From assembly GCA_965243025.1 (NCBI GenBank), contig CBDETY010000003.1, positions 5,472,001 through 5,536,000 on the forward strand: a DNA stretch of 64,000 bases. Direction: 5' to 3'. How positions within the stretch are numbered: the stretch's first letter is position 1; every line of letters starts with the position of its first letter. A program made the translations under genes and the position numbers. Positions 37,909-48,355 of this stretch are shown here, piece by piece. The notes beneath the pieces were generated by a model. That model saw only the letters and a list, made by a program, of their open reading frames with translations. It did not search any database and had not been told where the DNA came from. Source of the DNA: Candidatus Latescibacterota bacterium. Its GTDB lineage: Bacteria > Latescibacterota > UBA2968 > UBA8231.

Positions 37909-40272
37909 TTAGAAACCTCGGTTGTAGGTTATGCTGGGCAGGATTCCGAAAAGGGATGTTTGTACGGCTTCGGTGATAAATTTGTCCTTCTGGTTTTGCC
38001 GCACGTGAACTGAAGCGGAGTTGCGGCGGTTGTAGACGTTGTAGATGGTAAAGGCCCAACTGTTTCCATTGGCGGTCGTGCAGGTCAGCCCCAGATCCAA
38101 GCGGTGATAGGCCGGCAGGCGAGCCCCATGGCGGCTCTCGTACTGAGGAACGATAAAATTTGCGAATTCGTAGCGGCTGGCCGGGAAGGTGGAGGGCGTA
38201 CCTGTGGCAAGGACCAGATTCGTCGACAGCGACCAGCGGGGTTTGAATGCGTATACCGTTGTCAGGGTGAGGTCGTGCGTCTTGTCGTTGGCGGCTGGAT
38301 AGTACTTCCCGTTGTTGATGCCCGGATCGCCGATACCCAGTCCAGGGACTTGCCGCTCGGTGCGCGACAACGTGTACCCCAGCCAACCGGTCAATTTTCC
38401 GGCGCGCTTGCGCACCATCAGCTCTACGCCGCAGGAACGGCCCTCGCCCTTGAGCAGTTCGGTTTCCAGGTTGTTGTTGACAGTCAGGTCGGCCCCGTCG
38501 ACGTAGTCGATCTGGTCTTTCATTCGTTTGTAGTAGGCTTCGACCGAGGCTTCGTACGTGTTGTCCTGGAGATTCCGGAAGTAGCCGGCGGCGACCTGGT
38601 CCGCTGTCTGCGGCTCGACAAAAGGTCCGCTGGGCCTCCAGATGTCCAATGGCTGGGACGCGGTAGTGTTGGAGATGAGGTGGATATACTGCCGGGTGCG
38701 ATTGTAGCTCACCTTGACCGAGCTGGACTCGGTCAGGGACCATCGTGCCGACGCCCGGGGCTCCAGGCCGGCAAAGCTCTTCATGTTTTCCCTCTCCCCG
38801 AACGAGATGACGCTGTCGACCACGCCCGCTTCGTACCGGCCCAGGGGCTCGTTGTAGACGATGGGTCGATTGTCGCGATAAACAGGAAGGTCCTGGGCTC
38901 CCTGACGCCTGAACGCCGAAAGACGCAACCCGTACTGGAGGGAGATGGAGTTGGTGAGTTGGTGGTCCAGGCTGAGGTAGGCGCTCGGCTCAACGGCGTT
39001 CTGTCGATCCAGTTCCGTCGGCACGACGGAGGACGCTTTTCCGATCGGTTCGATGGTGCCGGGGGCAAAGCGGTAATGGATGGTATTGGCCCCGAAGTTG
39101 AGCGCATTTCCTTCGCTCAGTGAGTAGGAGAGGTCCGCTTTGAGCTTGTAGTTGTTTATGTGTGACAACCAGTTGTGTTCCGCGCCTGCCGTGAATGCAT
39201 CGCTGTCGTAGCTGTACCTGCTGAACACCCCCGTGAAATTCGCGAAGAGCCGCCGGCTGAAGAGGTTCCAGCGGACGGTGGCCGTGGTATTCCCCCACGC
39301 GCTGCCGAAGATGTCCGCTACTTTGAACGCGTCCCTGCCGCGATAGCCCGAGACAAAGAGCCGGTTGTTGTCGTTGATATTGTAGTTGCCTTTGAAGTTG
39401 ACGTCGTAGAAGTGGGCGGTGCTCGTGTCACTGCTCAACGCGTTGTAGAAGATGTCCCCGTATGAACGGCGGGCGGCGATCACGTAGGATCCGCGGCCGT
39501 TGGCGACCGGTCCTTCAAGGAGCAGCCGCCCCGAAAGGATGCCTATACCCACTTTGCCGCGGAACCCTTTGGCATTCCCCTCCTTTTGCCGCACGTCGAG
39601 AACCGAAGACAGGCGTCCTCCATACCGCGCCGGGATGCCGCCTTTGTAGATCTTGATGTCTTTGGTGATGTCGGCATTGAAAACCGAGAAGAAGCCGAAA
39701 AGGTGAGCGGCGTTGTAGACGATGGCTTCGTCGAGCAGGACGAGGTTCTGATCTGCCGCGCCGCCGCGCACGTTGAAGCCCGCCGCCCCTTCGCGTACGG
39801 CGGTCACTCCCGGCAACAGTTGTATCGTTTGCACCACGTCTGTTTCGCCCAGGACAGCCGGCGTGCGCTGTACGGTCTGTATGTCCAACTCGGCTGCGCT
39901 CATTTCGTTCGACTCGACGTTCTCATCGGCTCTGTGTGCACTCACGGCGACCTGCCCCAGTTCGATGACGGCTTCGCTCATTTCGACGTCGAGCACTTGA
40001 TCCCGATGCGGATCTGTGGTGCGGGCGATCGATTCGTAGCCGATGAAGCTGAAGCTGATTTCATGAGCTCCCGCCGGCAGTCGCAGCGAGTAATGCCCGT
40101 AGGCGTTCGTGGTTGTACCCACCTGAAGGGTCGTTACAACGACGTTGACTCCCGGCAGGGCTTCGCCGTCGGCCGCATCTTTGACCTTGCCGCTGACGGT
40201 GATTGCCTCCCGGGCTGTGCTGTTTGCGATTGTCGTGAGCAGCAGAAAAGCTGTCAGGAAGGATTTTTGCAT
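37909..40272 (-). CDS. TonB-dependent receptor with CarboxypepD_reg-like N-domain (Bacteroidota type)
   Basis: SGKVKDAADGEALPGVNV, GETDVVQTIQLLPGV, FNVRGG..DQNL, YGGRLSSVLD, RLPAYHRLD; C-terminal F. Confidence 0.93.
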   Translation of the reverse strand: MQKSFLTAFLLLTTIANSTAREAITVSGKVKDAADGEALPGVNVVVTTLQVGTTTNAYGHYSLRLPAGAHEISFSFIGYESIARTTDPHRDQVLDVEMSEAVIELGQVAVSAHRADENVESNEMSAAELDIQTVQRTPAVLGETDVVQTIQLLPGVTAVREGAAGFNVRGGAADQNLVLLDEAIVYNAAHLFGFFSVFNADITKDIKIYKGGIPARYGGRLSSVLDVRQKEGNAKGFRGKVGIGILSGRLLLEGPVANGRGSYVIAARRSYGDIFYNALSSDTSTAHFYDVNFKGNYNINDNNRLFVSGYRGRDAFKVADIFGSAWGNTTATVRWNLFSRRLFANFTGVFSRYSYDSDAFTAGAEHNWLSHINNYKLKADLSYSLSEGNALNFGANTIHYRFAPGTIEPIGKASSVVPTELDRQNAVEPSAYLSLDHQLTNSISLQYGLRLSAFRRQGAQDLPVYRDNRPIVYNEPLGRYEAGVVDSVISFGERENMKSFAGLEPRASARWSLTESSSVKVSYNRTRQYIHLISNTTASQPLDIWRPSGPFVEPQTADQVAAGYFRNLQDNTYEASVEAYYKRMKDQIDYVDGADLTVNNNLETELLKGEGRSCGVELMVRKRAGKLTGWLGYTLSRTERQVPGLGIGDPGINNGKYYPAANDKTHDLTLTTVYAFKPRWSLSTNLVLATGTPSTFPASRYEFANFIVPQYESRHGARLPAYHRLDLGLTCTTANGNSWAFTIYNVYNRRNSASVHVRQNQKDKFITEAVQTSLFGILPSITYNRGF

Positions 40273-40657
40273 GGGTTCTCTCCTGGTGGGTAGCTGCGTG
40301 CAGGTTCGCCAAGGTTTTCTCGGTGACCTTCACAAGGGTTGTGTATTGCGCGCTGCAGTGGTCATCTGAGAAGCGGCACAACTGATACTACGATCCCGCT
40401 GTTAACTGGTGATTGCTGCTGTGTACCGAATTGTAACAGGATGTGAATGCCCGAGCTTTGGGGGCGCACGAGTATTTCGCACCCAGGCAATCTCAGTCCT
40501 GCCTCGAGCGAGGATGGTGGGGACGCTGTTATTGAGAAGCTATTCGGGGGCGAGTGGATGCGCCCTGTTACTACTGCCAGTCAGTCGACAACCTAGGCAC
40601 CGACAAAGAGATGGTGTGGTAACCGATTCAGGGAAATGTGAGAAGGACGCATGTTCC
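40209..40657. repeat. ~450-bp diverged direct repeat, copy A
   Basis: Aligns by eye with 42387-42834; contains a degenerate kinase 3' end, the promoter region and the real TonB receptor start. Confidence 0.9.
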
Positions 40658-42171
40658 TTAGTGCAAAACCGACTCCTCGAGAACAGGGCGACGATCCTCA
40701 TGCGAGAGGAGTTCGGCATACCGCCCAAGTCGGCGTTCAAGCAAGTGGTGATAAAATCCGGGTAGTTCATCCGAGCGACCTTCGTGGAAGGATCTGAATC
40801 TAGCATCTGAGGCGAGCATCCCATGGATGCGGTGGAGTCTCGCATACATGGTTTTGTGTCCTATATGCCGCAGGGCGTGTATGAGGCGTATCACGGGGCG
40901 TATTGGCGTACGAAGCCGCTGCCATAGCATATTTTTTGCTATAACCATCTTATGGATCTCTATAAGATGGCTGTAATAAGTCAGTGGATCGTAATTATTG
41001 AGCGTAATGGTCAGATATGGATTGTAGTAATAGCAAAATGGCAGAGCGCGCAGTATGCGACCTTCTTGGTAGAGCTGGTCATAGAGAGGGGTGCCGCCGA
41101 ACGGGCAAGGGATATTGATGGTCGGCCAGGCCTCGGGGACTCGCCTGATTAATTCCTTGGTCAGTTCCACTGGACCGGCACCAACATCAGAGTCGCTGCC
41201 AAACAGCATATTGACCTGCAGTCCCGGGACATAGTGTGTCAGGGTCTTCAGATGATCGGAGACCTGATCGAGCTTGTCCTGTCCCTGCTTGCGGCCGACC
41301 CCCGACTTATTGGAGTAATCGACCCAGGACTCAATACCGGGTGCCACATAGAGGCAGCTGGTTTTCTTCAATCTTACTAGCCGATCCTCTTTCAGGATTG
41401 ATAGCGAACTCTCCATAACGTAGGGATTTCGCCGTCCTTCCGGTAAGGCCTCAATGACGTCCATTGTTTCATCGAACCGCACCGCGAAGTTGGGATCGTG
41501 ATATCCTATGGTCAATTGCGGCCAGTTCTGCGATAAGTAGTGGAGGTCGCGCCACAGATCTTCCTTTGATCGGAGAGAATAGTTGCTGTTCCAATCAACA
41601 CAGAAATTGCAGGTGTACGGACAGCCGATACTTGAGAGCATGGGAACGATGCTGGTGAGCGATGGCCTCCCGTTGTAAAACGATGCAATTTTGATCTCCG
41701 GCATCCGTTCCTCTACCGAAGGGAAATCCATGAGCGGACGACCACTGGTGATTACCGCCGGTGGATCATAATGGCCACGCAGAATGTCGTCTACCAGCTC
41801 CTTGTTGCAGTCGCGCACCACCAGATCGAAAAACGCAGGCAATCCGTTGGAAAGGAACGCGCGTGTGCGCCGCCAATTACGGTTAGTGTTCCCCTATCGC
41901 GAAATACTTTCGCAAGCGCGTAAGCCATGGCACTCGCTTGCGTGTACGATGCCACAAATAGCACGTCGAGGTCGTCGGGCAGAAGGTGTAGTGGGTCCTT
42001 TTGGCCGTAGAAGGTACAGTAGTGTACTTTATGACCAAGTTGTCGGCACCAGACAGCAATCGTTTGAGGCATGATACTCATGTACTGCCTCTGAAAAAAG
42101 AACCGATAGAACTTTGTTCCCCAAGTGCTCGAAAGTTCATCAGACAGAATATCAATAATGCCGACTTTCAT
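40658..42171 (-). CDS. B12-binding radical SAM enzyme, frameshifted (real lesion or sequencing error)
   Basis: Cobalamin-binding N-part ending VIGGAHARSFPTDCLRF; C-part with GCPYTCNFC and DPNF; one missing base in the A5 run at 41829-41833 restores CLRFFDLVV. Confidence 0.85.
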
Positions 42172-42295
42172 ATTGATAGATCCTCCTTTTTGATTGTGGC
42201 CTCGCGATTTATGTGATCCCGCAAACTCGTGAATTGCGGATTGCGCGAATTCCTTATTAATGTTACAACTCCGCAATTAACCGAAAATTTCGGCT

Positions 42296-42312
42296 TTGTA
42301 ACGAATTGTAAC
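42296..42312. promoter_or_regulatory. OmpR/CpxR-type direct-repeat operator
   Basis: TTGTAACgaaTTGTAAC upstream of the radical SAM gene. Confidence 0.65.
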
Positions 42313-42386
42313 GAGACGCGGATTCAACTGGTAAGTGGAATTTCCCCATGTTCAGGTTGCCCTTAATCAGCTAACGCAGAGTCCAC

Positions 42387-42834
42387 CCCGGGCTGTGCTG
42401 TTTGCGATTGCCGTGAGCAGCAGACAAGCTGTCAGGAGGGGATTTGTGCATGGGTTCTCTCCTGGTTAATAGCTGCGTGTAGGTTCGCCAAGGCCTCGAT
42501 AACCATCACAAGGATTGTGTATCGCGCCGTGGATTGGTCATCTGACGAGCAGCACAACCGATACTACCGCCCGGGTGTTAACTGAGGATTGCTGTTGTGT
42601 AAAGAATTGTAACAGGATGTGAACGGTGTGAACGGGGACGCACAAGTACTGCGGGCCCCAGGCGGACCTCTGCCTTGCCTCGGGCGAGGATGGCAGGGGA
42701 AGGCTGTTATCGAGAAGCTGTTGGGGGCGCGCGGATACGCCCCGTTATCTCTACTGCCGGTCAGCCGACAACTCGAACACCGGCAAAGAGGGTGTGGTCA
42801 CGGATTCAGGGAATGTGAGCAGGACGCACGTTCC
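42387..42834. repeat. ~450-bp diverged direct repeat, copy B
   Basis: Contains the real kinase 3' end, the promoter region and a frameshifted stub of the TonB receptor signal peptide (ATG at 42451). Confidence 0.9.
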
Positions 42835-44103
42835 CTTGTTCGGCTGGCTGGTAATCTCGATCTGCCCTCCGTGTGCCTCCATGATTTTCTTGCATACGCT
42901 CATGCCCAGGCCATAGCCGCCAGTCTGTTTGGAGCGGGATTTGTCCACCCGGTAGAAGGGTTCGAAGATGTGGGGGAGGTCGTCTTTCGGGATGCCTGAT
43001 CCGTAGTCCTGCACCTTGACGAGAACCTTCCCTTGCTCCCGGGAACAGGTGACTTCGATGGGATCTTTCGCGTTGGAGTGTCTGGTGGCATTCGAGAGAA
43101 GATTGTTGAGGACCGTTGTTACCCTTGCCGGGTCGAGGCTCACCATGAGGTCTTCAGGTGAGCATTGGAGCACGACGCCGGGTTTCTGGTCCTGGTAATT
43201 CTTGCACGTGTCCATCAGGAGATCAAGGATGTTGACGGGTTCGGGCTCGAGTCCTCCATGGGAGCTGTTCAGGCGCTCGGTTTCGAGGACTTCCGTCACC
43301 ATTGCTTCCATATGCTTGATGTTTCTGTGAAGGGTCTGCCTTGTCTTGTCGTCCTCGAGAAACTCCAGGGCTACCAGCATGCGCGTCAGCGGTGAGCGCA
43401 ACTCGTGACTCACGTCGAGCAGCAACTGGTCGCGTGCCTGGAGAGACTCGCGGATTCGCCGGGTCATGTGGTTGAACGAGAGTGCGAGCTGGCCAAGCTC
43501 GTCGACGCTGTTGGTCTTGATCTCGAAGTCGAGGTTGCCTTCCCCGATTTCCCTTACGCCCTCATGCAGCGCTTTTATGGGTTTGAGTTGGTTGCGAAGT
43601 ATGAGGTAGATGGCGAAGAAGGAGAATATGACGAGTCCAAGTGAGATGAGATCGTAGAGTTCATCTTGAGGTAGATGGCCGGCTTTGAGGAGATTGAGCT
43701 GATAGTGGCCATGGTCTGATTGCAGATCTACGAATATGCCTCCGGTTTCCTCGCTGATCATGATCCTGAATCGATCATCCTCCTCATAGGGGATCATGGC
43801 CTCTCTCTGCTTCACCTGCATGTCGGGGTCGCTTTGCCAGATGACGCCGTTGCTTTCATACCTGATGTCTACTTGCAGGCTGTCTGCTGTTCGTTGCAGT
43901 CGATGCGGATCGGGGTGTGGTCCCAGGTCGGCTACAATGCCTTGCGCGTGCCTCACCATGATGCCTGACAGAGCCGGTAGAATGCTGCTTCGCAGTTCAC
44001 GGTCTTCAAGCCAGAGCTGGAGGGTTGTCGTGATCGTGACGGCGAGGAAGAACAGCAGGGAGATCCTCAGAAAGAGCGACCGCTTGATATTGAAGAGTCT
44101 CAT
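42751..44103 (-). CDS. Sensor histidine kinase with HAMP domain (CpxA-like)
   Basis: Two TM helices, DELGQLALSFNHM, DVSHELRSPLTR, NLLSNA, FYRVDKSRSKQTGGYGLG; ATGA overlap with the regulator. Confidence 0.95.
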   Translation of the reverse strand: MRLFNIKRSLFLRISLLFFLAVTITTTLQLWLEDRELRSSILPALSGIMVRHAQGIVADLGPHPDPHRLQRTADSLQVDIRYESNGVIWQSDPDMQVKQREAMIPYEEDDRFRIMISEETGGIFVDLQSDHGHYQLNLLKAGHLPQDELYDLISLGLVIFSFFAIYLILRNQLKPIKALHEGVREIGEGNLDFEIKTNSVDELGQLALSFNHMTRRIRESLQARDQLLLDVSHELRSPLTRMLVALEFLEDDKTRQTLHRNIKHMEAMVTEVLETERLNSSHGGLEPEPVNILDLLMDTCKNYQDQKPGVVLQCSPEDLMVSLDPARVTTVLNNLLSNATRHSNAKDPIEVTCSREQGKVLVKVQDYGSGIPKDDLPHIFEPFYRVDKSRSKQTGGYGLGMSVCKKIMEAHGGQIEITSQPNKGTCVLLTFPESVTTPSLPVFELSADRQ

Positions 44104-44789
44104 GCTGCCTCCGTGGCGCCGAGGAACATGTACCCTGCACCGCGAACCGTTCGTATGTAGCGGGGGTTTTTCGGATCGTCTTGCAGCTTGTTTCGTATTC
44201 TGGATATGAGGACATCGACGGAGCGGTCGAAGGCCTCCCAGTCTACTCCTCGAATATTCTGCATGATATAGTCTCGACTGAGGACTCTTCCCCGGCTTTT
44301 TACGAGGAGAGCCAGCATTTCGAATTCCGTTGTGGTGAGATTCAAGGCGGCGCCATCGAGTGTGGCGGTGTATTTCTCCAGGCTGATTTTCAGACTGCCG
44401 GCGTGAAGAAGGTCTTGCCTGGCCGGCTTGTGCCCTCGTCTGAGGACTGCCTGGATCCTCGCGACCAACTCTCTCGCTTCGAATGGCTTGGGCAGGTAGT
44501 CGTCTGCTCCCAGTTCGAGTCCGACGACCCGATCCGTGATCTCCCCGCGGGCCGTGAGCATGATAATGGGCAGCGTATTTGTTTCCCGGATGGTCTTGCA
44601 CACCTTGAATCCATCCAGTTCAGGTAGCATGACATCGAGAATGACCAGGTCGAAGTCGCTTGTTCCAAGAAGCTCGAGACCCCGGGACGGGCGGTGCACA
44701 GCGGTTGTCCGGTAGCCGAAGTCTGCCAGGTAGGTCTCCAGGAGATCGGTGAGTTCCTGGTCGTCATCGATGATCAGTATGGAAGCCAT
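44100..44789 (-). CDS. OmpR-family response regulator (CpxR-like)
   Basis: ILIIDDD, ILDVMLP, GADDYLPKPF, RSVDVLISRIRNKL, IRTVRGAGY. Confidence 0.96.
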   Translation of the reverse strand: MASILIIDDDQELTDLLETYLADFGYRTTAVHRPSRGLELLGTSDFDLVILDVMLPELDGFKVCKTIRETNTLPIIMLTARGEITDRVVGLELGADDYLPKPFEARELVARIQAVLRRGHKPARQDLLHAGSLKISLEKYTATLDGAALNLTTTEFEMLALLVKSRGRVLSRDYIMQNIRGVDWEAFDRSVDVLISRIRNKLQDDPKNPRYIRTVRGAGYMFLGATEAA

Positions 44790-44861
44790 ACCATGAGTCC
44801 CATGAGTTATTGCTTCTGTAAGGGGAAGGAAACCTTGCAGTGTAAATGGGTCTTTTCTGCT

Positions 44862-44878
44862 TTGTAACAGATTGTAAC
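44862..44878. promoter_or_regulatory. OmpR/CpxR-type direct-repeat operator (autoregulatory)
   Basis: TTGTAACagaTTGTAAC about 75 bp upstream of the regulator start. Confidence 0.7.
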
Positions 44879-44930
44879 GGTGGAGGGGTGTGTTACGGCA
44901 GGGTGGGGTTGGTCCAGGTACGTCCCCCGG

Positions 44931-46928
44931 TTACAGACTCTTCCCCATAGCCGCCACCATCTCGTCGGTCTCGCTTACCCGGGGGCAATCCGCGATCACC
45001 CCCCGCGAATCCACCAGGAAATACGAAGGTATTCCGTTGATGTTGTAGGACTTGGCAGGATCCGAGTAGAAGCCGTGGGCGCGCACGTGAACGCCTTCGA
45101 TCCCGTGCTTTTCAATCGCCTTTCGCCAGGCGGCCTCATCCGTGTCGAGCGACAGGTTGAGGAAGACGACCGGCTGGCCGGCCGTTCTTTCCTTGATCTG
45201 GCGGAGATGGGGAAGGTCGCCGATACAGGGCCCGCACCAGCTCGCCCAGAAATCGAGCAGGACCACCTTGCCCCTGAACTGGCTGAGCGACACCGGCTGC
45301 CCGTCGAGGTCGTCGAGAGTGAATTCGGGGGCAGGCTGTCCAGGTTGCAGTTTGAGGGCGTCGTTCAGAGCGGCCTGAACCGCCTCGTTGTATTCCGGGT
45401 AGGGGTTGATTTCCCGGTACTCCTCCCACTTTTGGCGAGCGAGGGCGAAGGCTTCGCTGTCCAGCCTGAATCCGCCGATCAGCTCTCCGGCGAGAAACCA
45501 GTAGAGCACCCGCCCCTCCAGTTTTTGCCTGGCGAGATCGTACCTCTCAGAAAAACTCCATGTCCGGACTACCTTCCCCGAAGAATAGATCGAGTCGAAT
45601 CTGGCCTGCACTTCATCGGGCAAACCCAGGATAGACAGATCGATCGTTTCAGACAGCAGGAGCGGCTGCCTGTACTCGTACATCGAGTCGAGCTGGTCAC
45701 GAGCCGGTTCCGACAGCCACGACAGATCGAGTTTTCCGGAAAGCCTGGGCTCTCTGGCCAGGGAGTCCATCGTCATTTCGAGTGGGGTAAAGAATGCCAG
45801 GTTTCCGCCAGTCGTATCCACCCTGGGTTCTTCAATCCCGCTTGAAGTGGTGAAACTCCAGGATCTGGACTTTTCGTAGAGGGAATCGAGTTGGTCCTCG
45901 GTGGTCTCCGAAAGACCGAACACGGATAAATCGAACTGCTGGGAGAGCTTTGGATGCCTTTTCTTTTCATACATCGAGTCGAGCCGGGCATGGGCAGATT
46001 GCAACAACCCAACAGCTGACAGATCGACCATTTTCGACAGCCTTGGCCGTCGACCGTCCTTCTCGTAGAGGGAGTCGAGCTGGCGGCCGATGGCTCCGTT
46101 CGTCCCCCCGGCGGGTCTATGCAGCTCTTCCCGCTCCCAGTCCAGGGTGCGCACCAGAAAGGTGTGGTAAACCCCAACGCCCATCCCCTTTTCCGCTACC
46201 AGCGGGACCTCCTCCAGGAAGCGGTAGTACTCAGGAGTGATGTCACTGTTCCTGCGGCCGTTGGCGAAGCGGTAGTTCGTCGGATAGGAAATCATGGAGT
46301 TGGCCCACTCATAGCTGAAGTAGGCGGTGGCAAAGTCGATGAACCCCGGAGAGAGCGAGTATTCATCGCGCCGCTCGGCCAGGAAATCGAGCTGCTCCCG
46401 ACGCCGCTGGTGGGCCTGTCGCTTGAAGTCCTCGAGCTCCAGACCCTGGTATTCGCGGTGAAAGTGAAGGAAGGGCGGAATCCACTCGGCGATGAAGCGG
46501 CTGTTGTCGGCGGCGGGACCGCTGAACGAGCAGGAGGGGCTGAAATAGCCGGCGTCGATCGTTATATGCAGACTGTCTCCGGGTTCTGCGAAGAACACCA
46601 GGGGATGGTGGTCGAAGAGGAAGGAGCCTACCCAGCGCGCCCACTCCCATCCGGGTTGGCCGCTGTCGAAATACCCCCTGACAAGGATTCCCCGGCTGAC
46701 GGGCAGCTCGACCCTGAAGCGGTTCAGGCTGTCGAGTGCGACGCTCTCGTCGGAGCTGCCCAGACCGGAGGGGGGCGTGAAGGTGAAGGCGATTTCCCGC
46801 GAAGCCGGGTTGCGGACTTCCCCGGTGATGATCGCGACGGACGGCTGGCTTTGTGCGCTTTCCGCTGAAAGGCAGGTGCTCGAAGCGGTCAGGGCGGCAA
46901 CCAAAAAGCTGAAGAACCGGTGGGCCAT
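44931..46928 (-). CDS. Secreted TlpA-family thiol:disulfide oxidoreductase with a long N-domain and internal repeats
   Basis: Signal peptide; GKVVLLDFWASWCGPC; YNINGIPSYFLVD. Confidence 0.9.
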   Translation of the reverse strand: MAHRFFSFLVAALTASSTCLSAESAQSQPSVAIITGEVRNPASREIAFTFTPPSGLGSSDESVALDSLNRFRVELPVSRGILVRGYFDSGQPGWEWARWVGSFLFDHHPLVFFAEPGDSLHITIDAGYFSPSCSFSGPAADNSRFIAEWIPPFLHFHREYQGLELEDFKRQAHQRRREQLDFLAERRDEYSLSPGFIDFATAYFSYEWANSMISYPTNYRFANGRRNSDITPEYYRFLEEVPLVAEKGMGVGVYHTFLVRTLDWEREELHRPAGGTNGAIGRQLDSLYEKDGRRPRLSKMVDLSAVGLLQSAHARLDSMYEKKRHPKLSQQFDLSVFGLSETTEDQLDSLYEKSRSWSFTTSSGIEEPRVDTTGGNLAFFTPLEMTMDSLAREPRLSGKLDLSWLSEPARDQLDSMYEYRQPLLLSETIDLSILGLPDEVQARFDSIYSSGKVVRTWSFSERYDLARQKLEGRVLYWFLAGELIGGFRLDSEAFALARQKWEEYREINPYPEYNEAVQAALNDALKLQPGQPAPEFTLDDLDGQPVSLSQFRGKVVLLDFWASWCGPCIGDLPHLRQIKERTAGQPVVFLNLSLDTDEAAWRKAIEKHGIEGVHVRAHGFYSDPAKSYNINGIPSYFLVDSRGVIADCPRVSETDEMVAAMGKSL

Positions 46929-47187
46929 GGGGAGTTCTCCGGATCAGGTCAGGAGAAGGGGTGAGAAGCAGGTTTTGCCGCGGGGACCAGGAAGGAGCCG
47001 ATGCCTCATACTGCGGGTTTATTCTGGGTCTCCTTCCGCACGGGTCGGATCGAAAGCAACTGAAGACAGAACAATATTCGCGTGCAGCGGGCAGGTGGTG
47101 AAGCTCGCTTTGCAAGGGAGGCCGGGCAACTTGCTGGCGTATGTGGTCCGCCCATTCAGGATCCGGAATCTGCAGCGTAGCAGATTC

Positions 47188-48103
47188 TCAGGCTTCATTG
47201 TCCGCCAGTAACGATTGAACAGCTTTACCGATCTCTGTTGGAATTTGGGATCCTGCCCCACGTCGATCGAAGGCAACGATCCCGTTTCCGTCCACCACAA
47301 CATGGCGTGGAAAGGTCTCCCCGAAGATCTCCGTGTGATCGGAAGATCCCAGGGCGTGATCGTAGTCGAACTCATGCCGTTTCAGAAACCGGACGAGGGT
47401 CTCAGGTTCATCCAGTGCGACCGCGAGGAACTCAACCTGTCCGGAGGGTTTGAATCTTTCTACCAGCTCATTCAAACCGGGCATTTCCGCAATGCAAGGA
47501 AGGCATGTCGTCGCCCACCAGTTGACAACCAGAATTTTCCCGACCGAGTCCCTTGTCGAGATCGAGTCACCTTGAACGGTACTGAAAGTCAATTCGGGGA
47601 TCGGTGCACCCAGTTTCAGCGGCGAATCCTTGACGGTTGGTTGGCCGCCTGTTGCCGGTGAGGGCGAACCTGCCCATCGGTAGAGAAGCAATCGGTATTC
47701 GGGAAGGAGTCGGAAAGCAATGGGAATCAGGTCCTCGGAATCGGCTTCGGAATTGAATTCAACTGTGCCGCTGAGAGTTCCATCTTCCGATGCGTCCAGA
47801 ACAAACCCCCCGGACACTCCTTTTACCGTCCGGGTAGACGAGGTACAGGAAAAACCTGTGCTCCTTGCCGTCCTTTCCCCATGTGAAGTGTACCGAGGGG
47901 CCAAGCTCACCGTCAGGGATGCGGGCGGAAAAAGCCTCCGCAGGCATCATCATTTTCAGTGGCTCGAAATCCGGCAGTCCCTCGGAAAGATTAATGGCAG
48001 CATAAATTGGCTGCTCTTCCTCTTTGTCCGCCGTGGTTCCAGTCAAAGGCACGGGTACCATGAGAAGCCCGACAGACAGAACCGCTTTATTCGATAGATG
48101 CAT
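47188..48103 (-). CDS. TlpA-family redoxin, frameshifted
   Basis: Signal-peptide part (MHLSNKAVLSVGLLMV) and WWATTCLPC domain lie in different frames; removing one base from the C6 run at 47806-47811 joins them (KRSVRGFVLDASEDG). Confidence 0.7.
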
Positions 48104-48355
48104 GACAGCTCTCCATTTTCGATAGACCTCTGTGGACGGGCGAAGCGGACTTTCGAAGGTGGACACCGCAGAGGGAAGGTCCAGCACCTGTTGTGTTGTT
48201 GCCGCGGCGCGGTTTGCTCTTTGGGATATTTCAAAAAGCAACTGACCCCACTGACCAAAATAACATTAAGCCCCAACCAAAGTGCAGGGGTGGTCCTGTA
48301 CGTCTGGGTCGCCAAATGTCAGCAGGCGACCGCATTTTCAAAGAGCGATCTCTGT

